NCBI GenBank assembly: GCA_964016885.1
Contig: OZ024740.1
Coordinates: 39,370,001 to 39,434,000, forward strand
Source: Eledone cirrhosa
Lineage: Eukaryota
Direction: 5' to 3'
Length of the DNA: 64,000 bases
Shown here one piece after another: positions 36,001 to 49,557 of the stretch (the first letter of the stretch is position 1; each line of letters opens with the position of its first letter). Both the position numbers and the translations under genes were made by a program. The notes beneath the pieces are model-generated. The model did no database searches, was not told where the DNA came from, and worked only from the letters and a program-made list of their open reading frames with translations.

Positions 36001-39000
36001 CAATGCTACACTATATAGTTACAATACTACTGTTATATAGTTACAATACTACTGTTATATAGTTACAATACTACTGTTATATAGTTACAATACTACTGTT
36101 ATATAGTGACAATACTACTGTTATATAGTTACAAAACTACTGTTATGTATAGTTACAATACTACACTATATAGTTACAATACTACTGTTATATAGTTACA
36201 ATACTACGGTTATATAGTTACAATGCTACTGTTATATAGTTACAATACCACTGTTAAATAGGCACAATATTACTGTTATATAGTTACAATACTACACTAT
36301 ATAGTTACAATACTACTGTTATATAGTTACAATACTAGTGTTATATATAGTTACAATACTACTGTTATATAGTTACAATACTACTATTATATAGTTACAA
36401 TACTACTGTTATATAGTTACAATACTACTGTTATATAGTTACATTACTACACTATATAGTTACAATACTACTGTTATATTGTTACAATACTACTGTTATA
36501 TAGTTACAATACTACTGTTATATAGTTACAATACTACTGTTATATAGTTACAATACTACTGTTATATAGTTACAATACTACAGTTATACAGTTACAATAC
36601 TACACTATATAGTTACAATACTACTGTTATATAGTTACAATGCTACTGTTATATAGTTACAATACTACTGTTATATAGTTACAATACTACTGTTATATAG
36701 TTACAATACTACTGTTATATATAGTTACAATACTACTCTTATAAAGTTACAATACTACTGTTACATAGTTACAATACTACTGTTATATAGTTACAATACT
36801 ACAGTTATATAGTTACGATACTACTGTATATAGTTGAATTACTACACTATATAGTTACAATACTACTGTTATATAGTTACAATACTACTGTTATATATTA
36901 ACAATACTACTGTTATATATAGTTACAATACTACTGTTATATAGATACAATACTACTGTTATATAGTTACAATACTACACCATATAGTTACAATACTGCT
37001 GTTATATAGTTACAATACTATACTATATAGTTATAATACTACTGTTATATAGTTACAATACTACACTATATAGTTACAATACTACTGTTATATAGTTACA
37101 ATACTAGTGTTATATATAGTTACAATACTACTGTTATATAGTTACAATACTACACTATATAGTTACAATATTACTCTTATATAGTTACAATACTACTGTT
37201 ATATAATTACAATACTACTGTTATATATAGTTACAATGCTACACTATATACTTACAATACTACACTATATAGTTACAATACTACTGTTATATAGTTACAA
37301 TGCTACACTATATAGTTACAATACTACTGTTATATAGTTATAATACTACTGTCATATAGTTACAATACTACACTATATAGTTACATGACTACTGTTATAT
37401 AGTTACAATACTACTGTTATATAGTTACAATACTACACTATATAGTTACAATACTACTGATATATAGTTACAATACTACACTATATAGTTACATTACTAC
37501 TGTTATATAGTTACAATACTACTGTTATATAGTTACAATACTACACTATATAGTTACAATACTACTCTTATATAGTTACAATACTACTGTTATATAGTTA
37601 CAATACTAGACTATATAGTAACAATACTACTGTTATATAGTTACAATACTACTGTTATATAGTTACAATAGTACACTATATAGTTACAATACTACTGTTA
37701 TGTAGTTACGATACTACACTATATAGTTACGATACTACTGTTATATATAGTTACAATACTACTGTTATATAGTTACAATACAACTGTTATATAGTTACAA
37801 TACTACACTATATAGTTACAATACTACTGTTATATAGTTACAATACTACACTATATAGTTACAATGCTTCTGTTATATAGTAACAATACTACTGTTATAT
37901 AGTTACAATCCTACTGTTATATAGTTACAATACTACTGTTATATATTGTTACAATACTACTGTTATATAGTTACAATACTACTGTTATATAGTTACAATA
38001 CTACTGTTATATAGTTACAATACTACTGTTATATAGTTACAATACTACACTATATAGTTACATTACTACATTATATAGTTACATTACTACTGTTATATAG
38101 TTACAATACTACTGTTATATAGTTACAATACTACTGATATATAGTCACGATACTACTGTTATATAGTTACAATACTACTGTTATATAGTTACAATACTAC
38201 TGTTATATAGTTACAATACTACACTATATAGTTATGATACTACTGTTATATAATTGCAATACTACACTATATAATTACAATACTACTGTTATATATTTAC
38301 AATACTACCGTTATATAGTGACAATACTACTGTTATATAGTAACAATTCTACACTATATAGTTACAATACTACTGTTATATAGTTACAATACTACTGTTA
38401 TATAGTTACAATACTACCGTTATAGAGTTACAATACTACTGTTATATAGTTACAATACTACAGTATATAGTTACAATACTACCGTTATATAGTTACCATA
38501 CTACTGTTATATAGTTACCATACTACTGTTATATAGTTACAATACTACACTATATAGTTACAATACTACTGTTATATAGTTACAATACTACTGTTATATA
38601 GTTACAATACTACTGTTATATAGTTACACTGCTACTGTTATATATTTACAATACTACTGTTATATAGTTACAATACTACTGTTATATAGTTACAATACTA
38701 CTGTTATATAGTTACAATACTACACTATATAGTTACAATACTACTGTTATATAGTTACCATACTACTGTTGTATAGTTACAATACTACACTATATAGTTA
38801 CAATACTACTGTTATATAGTTACAATGCTACTGTTATATAGTTACAATACTACACTATATAGTTACAATACTACTGTTATATAGTTACCATACTACTGTT
38901 GTATAGTTACAATGCTACACTATATAGTTACAATACTACCGTTATATAGTTACCATACTACTGTTGTATAGTTACAATGCTACACTATATAGTTACAATA

Positions 39001-42000
39001 CTACTGTTATATAGTTACAATACTACTGTTATATAGTTACAATACTACTGTTATATAGTTACAATACTACTGTTATATAGTGCAATACTACTGTTATATA
39101 GTTACAAAACTACTGTTATATATAGTTACAATACTACACTATATAGTTACAATACTACTGTTATATAGTTACAATACTACGGTTATATAGTTACAATGCT
39201 ACTGTTATATAGTTACAATACCACTGTTAAATAGGCACAATATTACTGTTATATAGTTACAATACTACACTATATAGTTACAATACTACTGTTATATAGT
39301 TACAATACTAGTGTTATATATAGTTACAATACTACTGTTATATAGTTACAATACTACTATTATATAGTTACAATACTACTGTTATATAGTTACAATACTA
39401 CTGTTATATAGTTACATTACTACACTATATAGTTACAATACTACTGTTATATTGTTACAATACTACTGTTATATAGTTACAATACTACTGTTATATAGTT
39501 ACAATACTACTGTTATATAGTTACAATACTACTGTTATATAGTTACAATACTACAGTTATACAGTTACAATACTACACTATATAGTTACAATACTACTGT
39601 TATATAGTTACAATACTACTGTTATATAGTTACAATACTACTGTTATATAGTTACAATACTACTGTTATATAGTTACAATACTACTGTTATATATAGTTA
39701 CAATACTACTCTTATAAAGTTACAATACTACTGTTACATAGTTACAATACTACTGTTATATAGTTACAATACTACAGTTATAGAGTTACAATACTACACT
39801 ATATAGTTACAATACTACTGTTATATAGTTACAATACTACTGTTATATAGTTACAATACTACTGTTATATTGTTACAATACTACTGTTATATAGTTACAA
39901 TACTACTGTTATATAGTTACAATACCACTGTTAAATAGGTACAATACTACTGTTATATAGTTACAATACTACACTATATAGTTACAATACTACTGTTATA
40001 TAGTTACAATACTACTGTTATATAGTTAAAATACTACACTATATAGTTACAATACTACTGTTATATAGTTACAATACTACTGTTATATATTAACAATACT
40101 ACTGTTATATATAGTTACATACTACTGTTATATAGATACAATACTACTGTTATATAGTTACAATACTACACTATATAGTTACAATACTGCTGTTATATAG
40201 TTACAATACTACTGTTATATATTAACAATACTACTGTTATATATAGTTACATACTACTGTTATATAGTTACAATACTACTGTTATATAGTTACAATACTA
40301 CTGTTATATAGTTACAATACTACAGTTATACAGTTACAATACTACACTATATAGTTACAATACTACTGTTATATAGTTACAATACTACTGTTATATAGTT
40401 ACAATACTACTGTTATATAGTTACAATACTACTGTTATATAGTTACAATACTACTGTTATATATAGTTACAATACTACTCTTATAAAGTTACAATACTAC
40501 TGTTACATAGTTACAATACTACTGTTATATAGTTACAATACTACAGTTATAGAGTTACAATACTACACTATATAGTTACAATACTACTGTTATATAGTTA
40601 CAATACTACTGTTATATAGTTACAATACTACTGTTATATTGTTACAATACTACTGTTATATAGTTACAATACTACTGTTATATAGTTACAATACCACTGT
40701 TAAATAGGTACAATACTACTGTTATATAGTTACAATACTACACTATATAGTTACAATACTACTGTTATATAGTTACAATACTACTGTTATATAGTTAAAA
40801 TACTACACTATATAGTTACAATACTACTGTTATATAGTTACAATACTACTGTTATATATTAACAATACTACTGTTATATATAGTTACATACTACTGTTAT
40901 ATAGATACAATACTACTGTTATATAGTTACAATACTACACTATATAGTTACAATACTGCTGTTATATAGTTACAATACTATACTACATAGTTATAATACT
41001 ACTGTTATATAGTTACAATACTACTGTTATATAGTTACAACACTACTGGTATATAGTTACAATACTACTGTTATATAGTTACAATATTACTGTTATATAG
41101 TTACAATACTACTGTTATATAGTTACAATACTACTGTTATATATAGTTACAATACTACTGTTATATAGTTACAATACTACTGTTATATAGTTACAATACC
41201 ACTGTTATATAGTTACAATACTACACTATATAGTTACAATACTAGTGTTATATAGTTACAATACTACACTATATATTTACAATACTACTGTTATATAGTT
41301 CCAATACTACTGATATATAGTTACAATACTACTGTTATATAGTTACAATACTACTGGTATATAGTTACAATACTACTGTTATATAGTTACAATATTACTG
41401 TTATATAGTTACAATACTACTGTTATATAGTTACAATACTACTGTTATATATAGTTACAATACTACTGTTATATAGTTACAATACTACTGTTATATAGTT
41501 ACAATACTACTGTTATATAGTTACAATACTACACTATATAGTTACAATACTACTGTTATATAGTTACAATACTACTGTTATATAGTTACAATACTACTGT
41601 TGTATAGTTACAATACTACTCTTATATAGTTACAATACTACTGCTATATTGTCACAATACTACTGTTATATAGTTACAATACTACTGTTGTATAGTTACA
41701 ATACTACTGTTATATAGTTACAATACTACATTATATAGTTACAATTCTACTGTTATATAGTTACAATACTACTGTTATATAGTTACAATACTACTGCAAT
41801 ATAGTTACAATACTACTGCTATATAGTTACAATACTACTGTTATATAGTTACAATACTACTGTTATATAGTTACAATACTACTGTTATATATTTACAATA
41901 CTATTGATATATAGTTACAATACTACACTATATAGTTACAATACTACTGTTATATAGTTACAATACTACTGTTATATAGTTACAATACTACTGTTATATA

Positions 42001-42248
42001 GTTACACTGCTACTGTTATATAGTTACAATACTACTGTTATATAGTTACAATACTACTGTTATATAGTTACAATACTACACTATATAGTTACAATACTAC
42101 ACTATATAGTTACAATGTTACTGTTATACAGTTACAATACTACTGTTATATAGTTACAATACTACACTATATAGTTACAATACTACTGTTATATAGTTAC
42201 AATGCAACTGTTATATAGTTACATAGTTATATAGTTACTGTTATATAG
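1..42248. repeat. 22-bp tandem satellite (GTTACAATACTACTGTTATATA) with frequent 21-bp (GTTACAATACTACACTATATA) and 24-bp (+TA) variants, roughly 1900 copies, continuing off the left edge
   Basis: Periodicity is directly visible throughout; no unique spacers; no ORF >=60 aa in the track. Confidence 0.98.
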
Positions 42249-45200
42249 ACTGTAACTCCACCTTAACATAACTGACCAGTAGACCGTAACACCACCTTAA
42301 CATAACTGACCAGTGGACTGTAACACCACCTTAACATAACTGACAAGTGGACTGTAACACCACCTTAACATAACTGACCAGTTTACTGTAACACCACCTT
42401 AATATAACTGACCAGTGGATTGTAACACCACCGTAATATAACTGACCAGTGGATTGTAACACCACCGTAATATAACTGACCAGTAAACTGTAACACCAGC
42501 TTAATATAACTGACCAGTGGACTGTAACATCACCTTAATATAACTGACCAGTAGACTGTAACACCACCTTAACATAACTGACCAGTGGACTGTAACACCA
42601 CCTTAACATAACTGACCAGTAGACTGTAACACCACCTTAATATAACTGACCAGTAGATTGTAACACCACCTTAACATAACTGACCAGTGGACTGTAACAC
42701 CACCGTAATATAACTGACCAGTAAACTGTAACACCATCTTAATATAACTGACCAGTGGACTGTAACATCACCTTAATATAACTGACCAGTAGACTGTAAC
42801 ACCACCTTAACATAACCGACCAGTGGACTGTCACACCACCTTAACATAATCGACCAGTGGACTGTAACACCACCTTAATATAACTGACAAGTGGACTGTC
42901 ACACCACCTTAACATAATCGACCAGTGGACTGTAACACCACCTTAATATAACTGACAAGTGGACTGTCACACCACCTTAACATAATCGACCAGTGGACTG
43001 TAACACCACCTTAATATAACTGACAAGTGGACTGTCACACCACCTTAACATAATCGACCAGTGGACTGTAACACCACCTTAATATAACTGACAAGTGGAC
43101 TGTCACACCACCTTAACATAATCGACCAGTGGACTGTAACACCACCTTAATATAACTGACAAGTGGACTGTCACACCACCTTAACATAATCGACCAGTGG
43201 ACTGTAACACCACCTTAATATAACTGACAAGTGGACTGTCACACCACCTTAACATAATCGACCAGTGGACTGTAACACCACCTTAATATAACTGACAAGT
43301 GGACTGTCACACCACCTTAACATAATCGACCAGTGGACTGTAACACCACCTTAATATAACTGACAAGTGGACTGTCACACCACCTTAACATAATCGACCA
43401 GTGGACTGTAACACCACCTTAATATAACTGACAAGTGGACTGTCACACCACCTTAACATAATCGACCAGTGGACTGTAACACCACCTTAATATAACTGAC
43501 AAGTGGACTGTCACACCACCTTAACATAATCGACCAGTGGACTGTAACACCACCTTAATATAACTGACAAGTGGACTGTCACACCACCTTAACATAATCG
43601 ACCAGTGGACTGTAACACCACCTTAATATAACTGACAAGTGGACTGTCACACCACCTTAACATAATCGACCAGTGGACTGTAACACCACCTTAATATAAC
43701 TGACCAGTAGATTCTAACACCACCTTAACATAACCGACCAGTGGACTGTAACACCACCTTAATATAACTGACCAGTAGATTGTAACACCACCTTAACATA
43801 ACTGAGCAGTGATGTGTAACACCACCTTAACATAACTGACCAGTGGACTGTAACACCACCTTAACATAACTGACCAGTGGACTGTAACACCACCTTAATA
43901 TAACTGACCAGTGGACTGTAACACCACCTTAATATAACTGACCAGTAGAGTGTACCACCACCTTAACATAACTGACCAGTGGACTGTAACACCACCTTAA
44001 TATAACTGACCAGTAGACTGTAACACCACCTTAATATAACTGACCAGTGGACTGTAACACCACCTTAATATAACTGACCAGTAGACTGTAACACCACCTT
44101 AATATAACTGACCAGTAGAGTGTATCACCACCTTAAAATAACTGACCAGTGGACTGTAACACCACCTTAATATAACCGACCAGTGGACTGTAACACCACC
44201 TTAATATAACTGACCAGTGGACTGTAACACCACCTTAATATAACTGACCAGTGATGTGTAACACCACCTTAATATAACTGACCAGTGGACTGTAACACCA
44301 CCTTAATATAACTGACCAGCAGACTGTAACACCACCTTAACATAACTGAACACTGATGTGTAACACCACCTTAATATAACTGACCAGTGGACTGTAACAC
44401 CACCTTAATATAACTGACCAGCAGACTGTAACACCACCTTAACATAACTGACCAGTGGACTGTAACACCACCTTAATATAACTGAACAGTGATGTGTAAC
44501 ACCACCTTAATATAACTGACCAGTGGACTGTAACACCACCTTAATATAACTGACCAGCAAACTGTAACACCACCTTAACATAACTGACCAGTGGACTGTA
44601 CCACCACCTTAACATAACTGACCAGTAGTCTGTAACACCACCTTAATATAACTGACCAGTAGACTGTAACACCACCTTAACATAACTGACCAGTGGACTG
44701 TACCACCACCTTAACATAACTGACCAGTAGACTGTAACACCACCTTAATATAACTGACCAGTAGACTGTAACACCACCTTAACAAAACTGACCAGTGGAC
44801 TCTACCACCACCTTAACATAACTGACCAGTAGACTGTAACACCACCTTAATATAACTGACCAGTAGACTGTAACACCACCTTAACATAACTGACCAGTCG
44901 ACTGTACCACCACCTTAACATAACTGACCAGTATACTGTAACACCACCTTAACATAACTGACCAGTAGACTGTAACACCACCTTAACATAACTGACCAGT
45001 GGACTGTAACACCACCTTAACATAACTGACCAGTAGACTGTAACACCATCTTAACATAACTGACCAGTGGACTGTAACACCACCTTAACATAACTGACCA
45101 GTAGACTGTAACACCATCTTAACATAACTGACCAGTAGACTATAACACCACCTTAACATAACTGACCAGTGGACTGTAACACCACCTTAACATAACTGAC

Positions 45201-45322
45201 CAGTGGACTGTAACACCATCTTAACATAACTGACCAGTAGACTGTAACACCACATTAAACTAACTGACCAGTGGACTGTAACACCACCTTATTATAACTG
45301 ACCAGTAGACTGTAACACCACC
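42246..45322 (+). repeat. 34-bp satellite, left arm (ACTGTAACACCACCTTAAYATAACTGACCAGTRG), ~90 copies
   Basis: Direct 34-bp periodicity; includes a homogeneous 68-bp dimer block at ~42827-43700. Confidence 0.97.
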
Positions 45323-45490
45323 AGGGCCGTAACTCTATGCGTCAAAGCATGGCGTCCGACCCTCTACCGATACTGCCAATCCACCGATGGAGGATTATAT
45401 AAATATATTCATTATTTAATACATAATTGCATGTATTTGGTGTTAAAGATACATGGAAACTAACTGTTTATCACAGGATAGTAACATCCA
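45323..45490. other. Unique spacer between the inverted satellite arms; may contain a tRNA-derived SINE head fragment on the minus strand
   Basis: Non-repetitive ~168 bp. The minus strand reads GGTGGATTGGCAGTATCGGTAGAGGGTCGGAC, which is Pol III A-box-like; no clear B box. Confidence 0.5.
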
Positions 45491-47543
45491 CCACTGGTCA
45501 GTTATATTAAGGTGGTGTTACAGTCCACTGGTCAGTTATGTTAAGGTGGTGGTACAGTCCACTGGTCGGTTATATTAAGGTGGTGTTACAGTCCACTGGT
45601 CAGTTATGTTAAGGTGGTGGTACAGTCCACTGGTCAGTTATGTTAAGGTGGTGTTACAGTCCACTGGTCAGTTATGTTAAGGTGGTGTTACAGTCTGCTG
45701 GTCAGTTATATTAAGGTGGTGTTACAGTCCACTGGTAAATTATATTAAGGTGGTGTTACACATCACTGTTCAGTTATATTAAGGTGGTGTTACACCTCAC
45801 TGGTCAGTTATGTTAAGGTGGTGTTACAGTCCATTGGTCAGTTATGTTAAGGTGGTGTTACAGTCTACTGGTCAGTTATGTTAAGGTGGTGTTACAGTCC
45901 ACTGGTCAGTTATGTTAAGGTGGTGTTACAGTCTGCTGGTCAGTTATATTAAGGTGGTGTTACAGTCCACTGGTCAGTTATATTAAGTAGGTGTTACACA
46001 TCACTGTTCAGTTATATTAAGGTGGTGTTACACCTCACTGGTCAGTTATGTTAAGGTGGTGTTACAGTCCGCTGGTCAGTTATATTAAGGTGGTGTTACA
46101 GTCTACTGATCAGTTATATTAAGGTGGTGTTATAGTCTACTGATCAGTTATATTAAGGTGGTTGTTTCACATCACTGGTCAGTTATGTTAAGGTGGTGTT
46201 ACAGTCCATTGGTCAGTTATATTAAGTTGGTGTTACAGTCCACTGGTCAGTTATATTAAGGTGGTATTACAGTCCACTGGTCAGATATGTTAAGGTGGTG
46301 TTACAATCTACTGATCAGTTATGTTAAGGTGGTGTTACAGTCTGCTGGTCAGTTATATTAAGGTGGTGTTACAGTCCACTGGTCAGTTATATTAAGGTGG
46401 TGTTACACATCACTGTTCAGTTATATTAAGGTGATGTTACACCTCACTGGTCAGTTATGTTAAGGTGGTGTTACAGTCCGCTGGTCAGTTATATTAAGGT
46501 GGTGTTACAGTCTACTGATCAGTTATATTAAGGTGGTGTTATAGTCTACTGATCAGTTATATTAAGGTGGTTGTTTCACATCACTGGTCAGTTATGTTAA
46601 GGTGGTGTTACAGTCCATTGGTCAGTTATATTAAGGTGGTGTTACAGTCCACTGGTCAGTTATATTAAGGTGGTGTTACAGTCCACTGGTCAGATATGTT
46701 AAGGTGGTGTTACAATCTACTGATCAGTTATGTTAAGGTGGTGTTACAGTCTACTGGTCAGTTATATTAAGGTGGTGATACAGTCCACTGGTCATTTATA
46801 TTACGGTGGTGTTACAGTCTACTGGTCAGTTATATTAAGGTGGTGTTACAGTCTACTGTTCAGTTATATTAAGGTGGTGTTACACTCCACTAATCAGTTA
46901 TATTAAGGTGCTGTTACAGTCCACTGGTCAGTTATGTTAAAGTGGTGTTACAGTCTACTGGTCATTTATATTAGGGTGGTGTTACAGTCTACTGGTGATT
47001 TATATTTGGGTGGTGTTGCAGTCTACTGGTCTGTTATAATAAGCTGGTGTTACAGTCTACTGGTCAGTTATGTTAAGGTGGTGTTACAGTCTACTGGTCA
47101 GATATATTAAGGTGGTGTTACACATCACTGGTCAGTTATATTATGGTGATGTTACAGTCCACTGGTCAGTTATATTAAGGTGGTGTTATAGTCTACTGGT
47201 CAGTTATATTAAGGTGGTGTTACAGTCCACTGGTCAGTTATATTAAGGTGGTGTTACAGTCTACTGGTCAGTTATGTTAAGGTGGTGTTATAGTCCGCTG
47301 GTCAGTTATATTAAGGTGGTGTTACAGTCCACTGGTCAGTTATGTTAATGTGGTGTTACAGTCCGCTGGTCAGTTATATTAAGGTGCTGTTACAGTCCAC
47401 TGGTCAGTTATGTTAAAGTGGTGTTATAGTCCGCTGGTCAGTTATATTAAGGTGGTGTTACAGTCTACTGGTCAGTTATGTTAAGGTGGTGTTATAGTCC
47501 GCTGGTCAGTTATATTAAGCTTGTGTTACAGTCTACTGGTCAG
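45491..47543 (-). repeat. Same 34-bp satellite in inverted orientation, ~60 copies
   Basis: Unit CYACTGGTCAGTTATRTTAAGGTGGTGTTACAGT is the reverse complement of the left-arm unit. Confidence 0.97.
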
Positions 47544-47686
47544 AGATGTCTTCTCTTGTGAAAATGGGTATAGTTTTCATTATGTAAAATCTCTACATTT
47601 TGCCTCATTTCTCCCCGTTTTGGGGCACTTTTTTCAGGGTACTCCCCGTTTGGGTTTTTAGAGCTTGGCGTGTCTGTATATATAAA

Positions 47687-47688
<2 letters not shown>

Positions 47689-47749
<61 letters not shown>

Positions 47750-47750
47750 A

Positions 47751-47783
<33 letters not shown>
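47689..47783. repeat. (TATC)n(TA)n compound microsatellite
   Basis: Direct reading. Confidence 0.95.
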
Positions 47784-47784
<1 letters not shown>

Positions 47785-48117
47785 GTTGGGTGCGGATGCA
47801 TTCATGTATATATGTGTGTGTCCGCATGTATCTGTGTGTTTCTAAATAAATTGTTAATAACTCCCTCTGGTCGAGCAATCTTTGAAGTGTGGGGACAGCT
47901 GGAAAGCTTCCATTACTCATACTTCTCGCCTTCTTCACCACCTCTTCTACGGCCTCGATATAAATACCCCCTCCGCCTCCGTGGTATTTTCTTCGGGGTT
48001 ATAAGAGGCTTAGCTCTGTTTCTCGACCGTTATATCGCGTGACTATCTCCCCCTCCGCCTTTTGGGATTCTTTCTCACGTCGTGTAGACGCGTTCTTGAG
48101 ACTAGTAAAATGAGGTA

Positions 48118-48207
48118 TCCTCTTGATAAGTCGGCAGACCTCGCAAGGACTCTATATCTTTATGATATATTGTTTTTGTTTATGCCACGAAACTACGTAG
48201 TCGAGGA
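48118..48207 (+). ncRNA. Type I hammerhead ribozyme, U3-A8 core variant (copy 1)
   Basis: Stem I TCCTC/GAGGA; core TTGATAA; stem II GT(C)GGCA...TGCCAC; GAAA; palindromic stem III ACTACGTAGT; GTC cleavage predicted after 48202. Confidence 0.8.
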
Positions 48208-48711
48208 ATTTACGAGCAGTTTAGTATGATACATTTTATTACTAATTATATCTGAATGTTTCTTCTCTCTTCATAATGTATTTTTAACTCTGATACTGGT
48301 TCAGTCTAGTTCAACTGAATTGGTCTGTCCCGGTCATTCATTGAGCAACATCGGTGAAGTTGACACCCTTAACTCACAGTTGGGTGCGGATGCATTCATG
48401 TATATATGTGTGTGTCCGCATGTATCTGTGTGTTTCTAAATATATTGTTAATAACTCCCTCTGGTCGAGCAATCTTTGAAGTGTGGGGACAGCTGGAAAG
48501 CTTCCATTACTCATACTTCTCGCCTTCTTCACCACCTCTTCTACGGCCTCGATATAAATACCCCCTCCGCCTCCGTGGTATTTTCTTCGGGGTTATAAGA
48601 GGCTTAGCTCTGTTTCTCGACCGTTATATCGCGTGACTATCTCCCCCTCCGCCTTTTGGGATTCTTTCTCACGTCGTGTAGACGCGTTCTTGAGACTAGT
48701 AAAATGAGGTA

Positions 48712-48801
48712 TCCTCTTGATAAGTCGGCAGACCTCGCAAGGACTCTATATCTTTATGATATATTGTTTTTGTTTATGCCACGAAACTACGTAGTCGAGG
48801 A
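48712..48801 (+). ncRNA. Type I hammerhead ribozyme, U3-A8 core variant (copy 2)
   Basis: Identical to copy 1; cleavage predicted after 48796. Confidence 0.8.
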
Positions 48802-48870
48802 ATTTAGGAGCAGTTTAGGTATGATACATTTTATTACTAATTATATCTGAATGTTTCTTCTCTCTTCATA

Positions 48871-48873
<3 letters not shown>

Positions 48874-48953
<80 letters not shown>

Positions 48954-48967
48954 TATATGTATATATA
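48874..48967. repeat. (TA)n microsatellite
   Basis: Direct reading. Confidence 0.95.
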
Positions 48968-49460
48968 TGTACAGCCAGCGGAAATAACATCTGTGAAATA
49001 TACAGCGCCACCTACCTGTTAGCTAGCTACTTCAACGTGAAACAAAAGAACCCTTAAAAGCTACCAGAATAAACACCTACACACCGGCTAAACATCAAAC
49101 GATTGTTTCTGTATAACTAGAGTGGTTCCAAACACTTCGCCAGTCGACTTTTGGCAGTCAGCTAGCGTATCGTTGTTCCTCGCCTCTGCCACGCTTTGTC
49201 ACTCACACACGCCTTGTACCTCGTATCGTCGCTTCATGTGAAAATAAATAGCTGATCGAATTTACATCTCGCCTTGCTTCGTCCTTTCAACTTGTGCTTT
49301 CGCCTGTCCATCCTCAACAGTTCTTTTAAGGGCTATATGCGACAACAGTCCTTTTAAGGGCTATCTTCAGATCTGATCAGACCGCATGCGATAACAGTCC
49401 TTCTAAGGGCTATTCTCGGATCTGATCAGAAGTAGTGACTAGACTGACTAACCACGTCGC

Positions 49461-49464
<4 letters not shown>
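48968..49464 (+). mobile_element. Probable solo LTR (497 bp) inserted in (TA)n
   Basis: Termini TGTA...TACA; TATA on both sides; internal TATAA (~49112) followed by AATAAA (~49243); short internal direct repeats at 49318-49430; no ORF. Confidence 0.7.

Positions 49465-49557
<93 letters not shown>

Larger units (their letters stand above)
47784..48876 (+). mobile_element. Partial tandem (~1.8 copies) of a 594-bp non-coding unit with one hammerhead per unit; retrozyme or Penelope pLTR-like
   Basis: 47784-48281 recurs at 48378-48876 with only ~3 differences; (TA)n on both sides; hammerheads 594 nt apart. Confidence 0.8.

Noticed and set aside
1-42248. Telomeric repeat or coding repeat
   Set aside because: Not a G-rich telomerase-type motif, heterogeneous, and no ORF >=60 aa.
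45322-45335. CAGGGCCGTAAC as a hAT TIR in the spacer
   Set aside because: No inverted partner found and too short to support.
42246-47543. CRISPR array (34-bp repeats)
   Set aside because: Units are head-to-tail with no unique spacers, there are no cas genes, and the context is eukaryotic.
47600-48850. Short duplicated ORFs of 61-76 aa
   Set aside because: No recognisable motifs; they derive from microsatellite or the non-coding 594-bp unit, and an indel between copies alters one frame.
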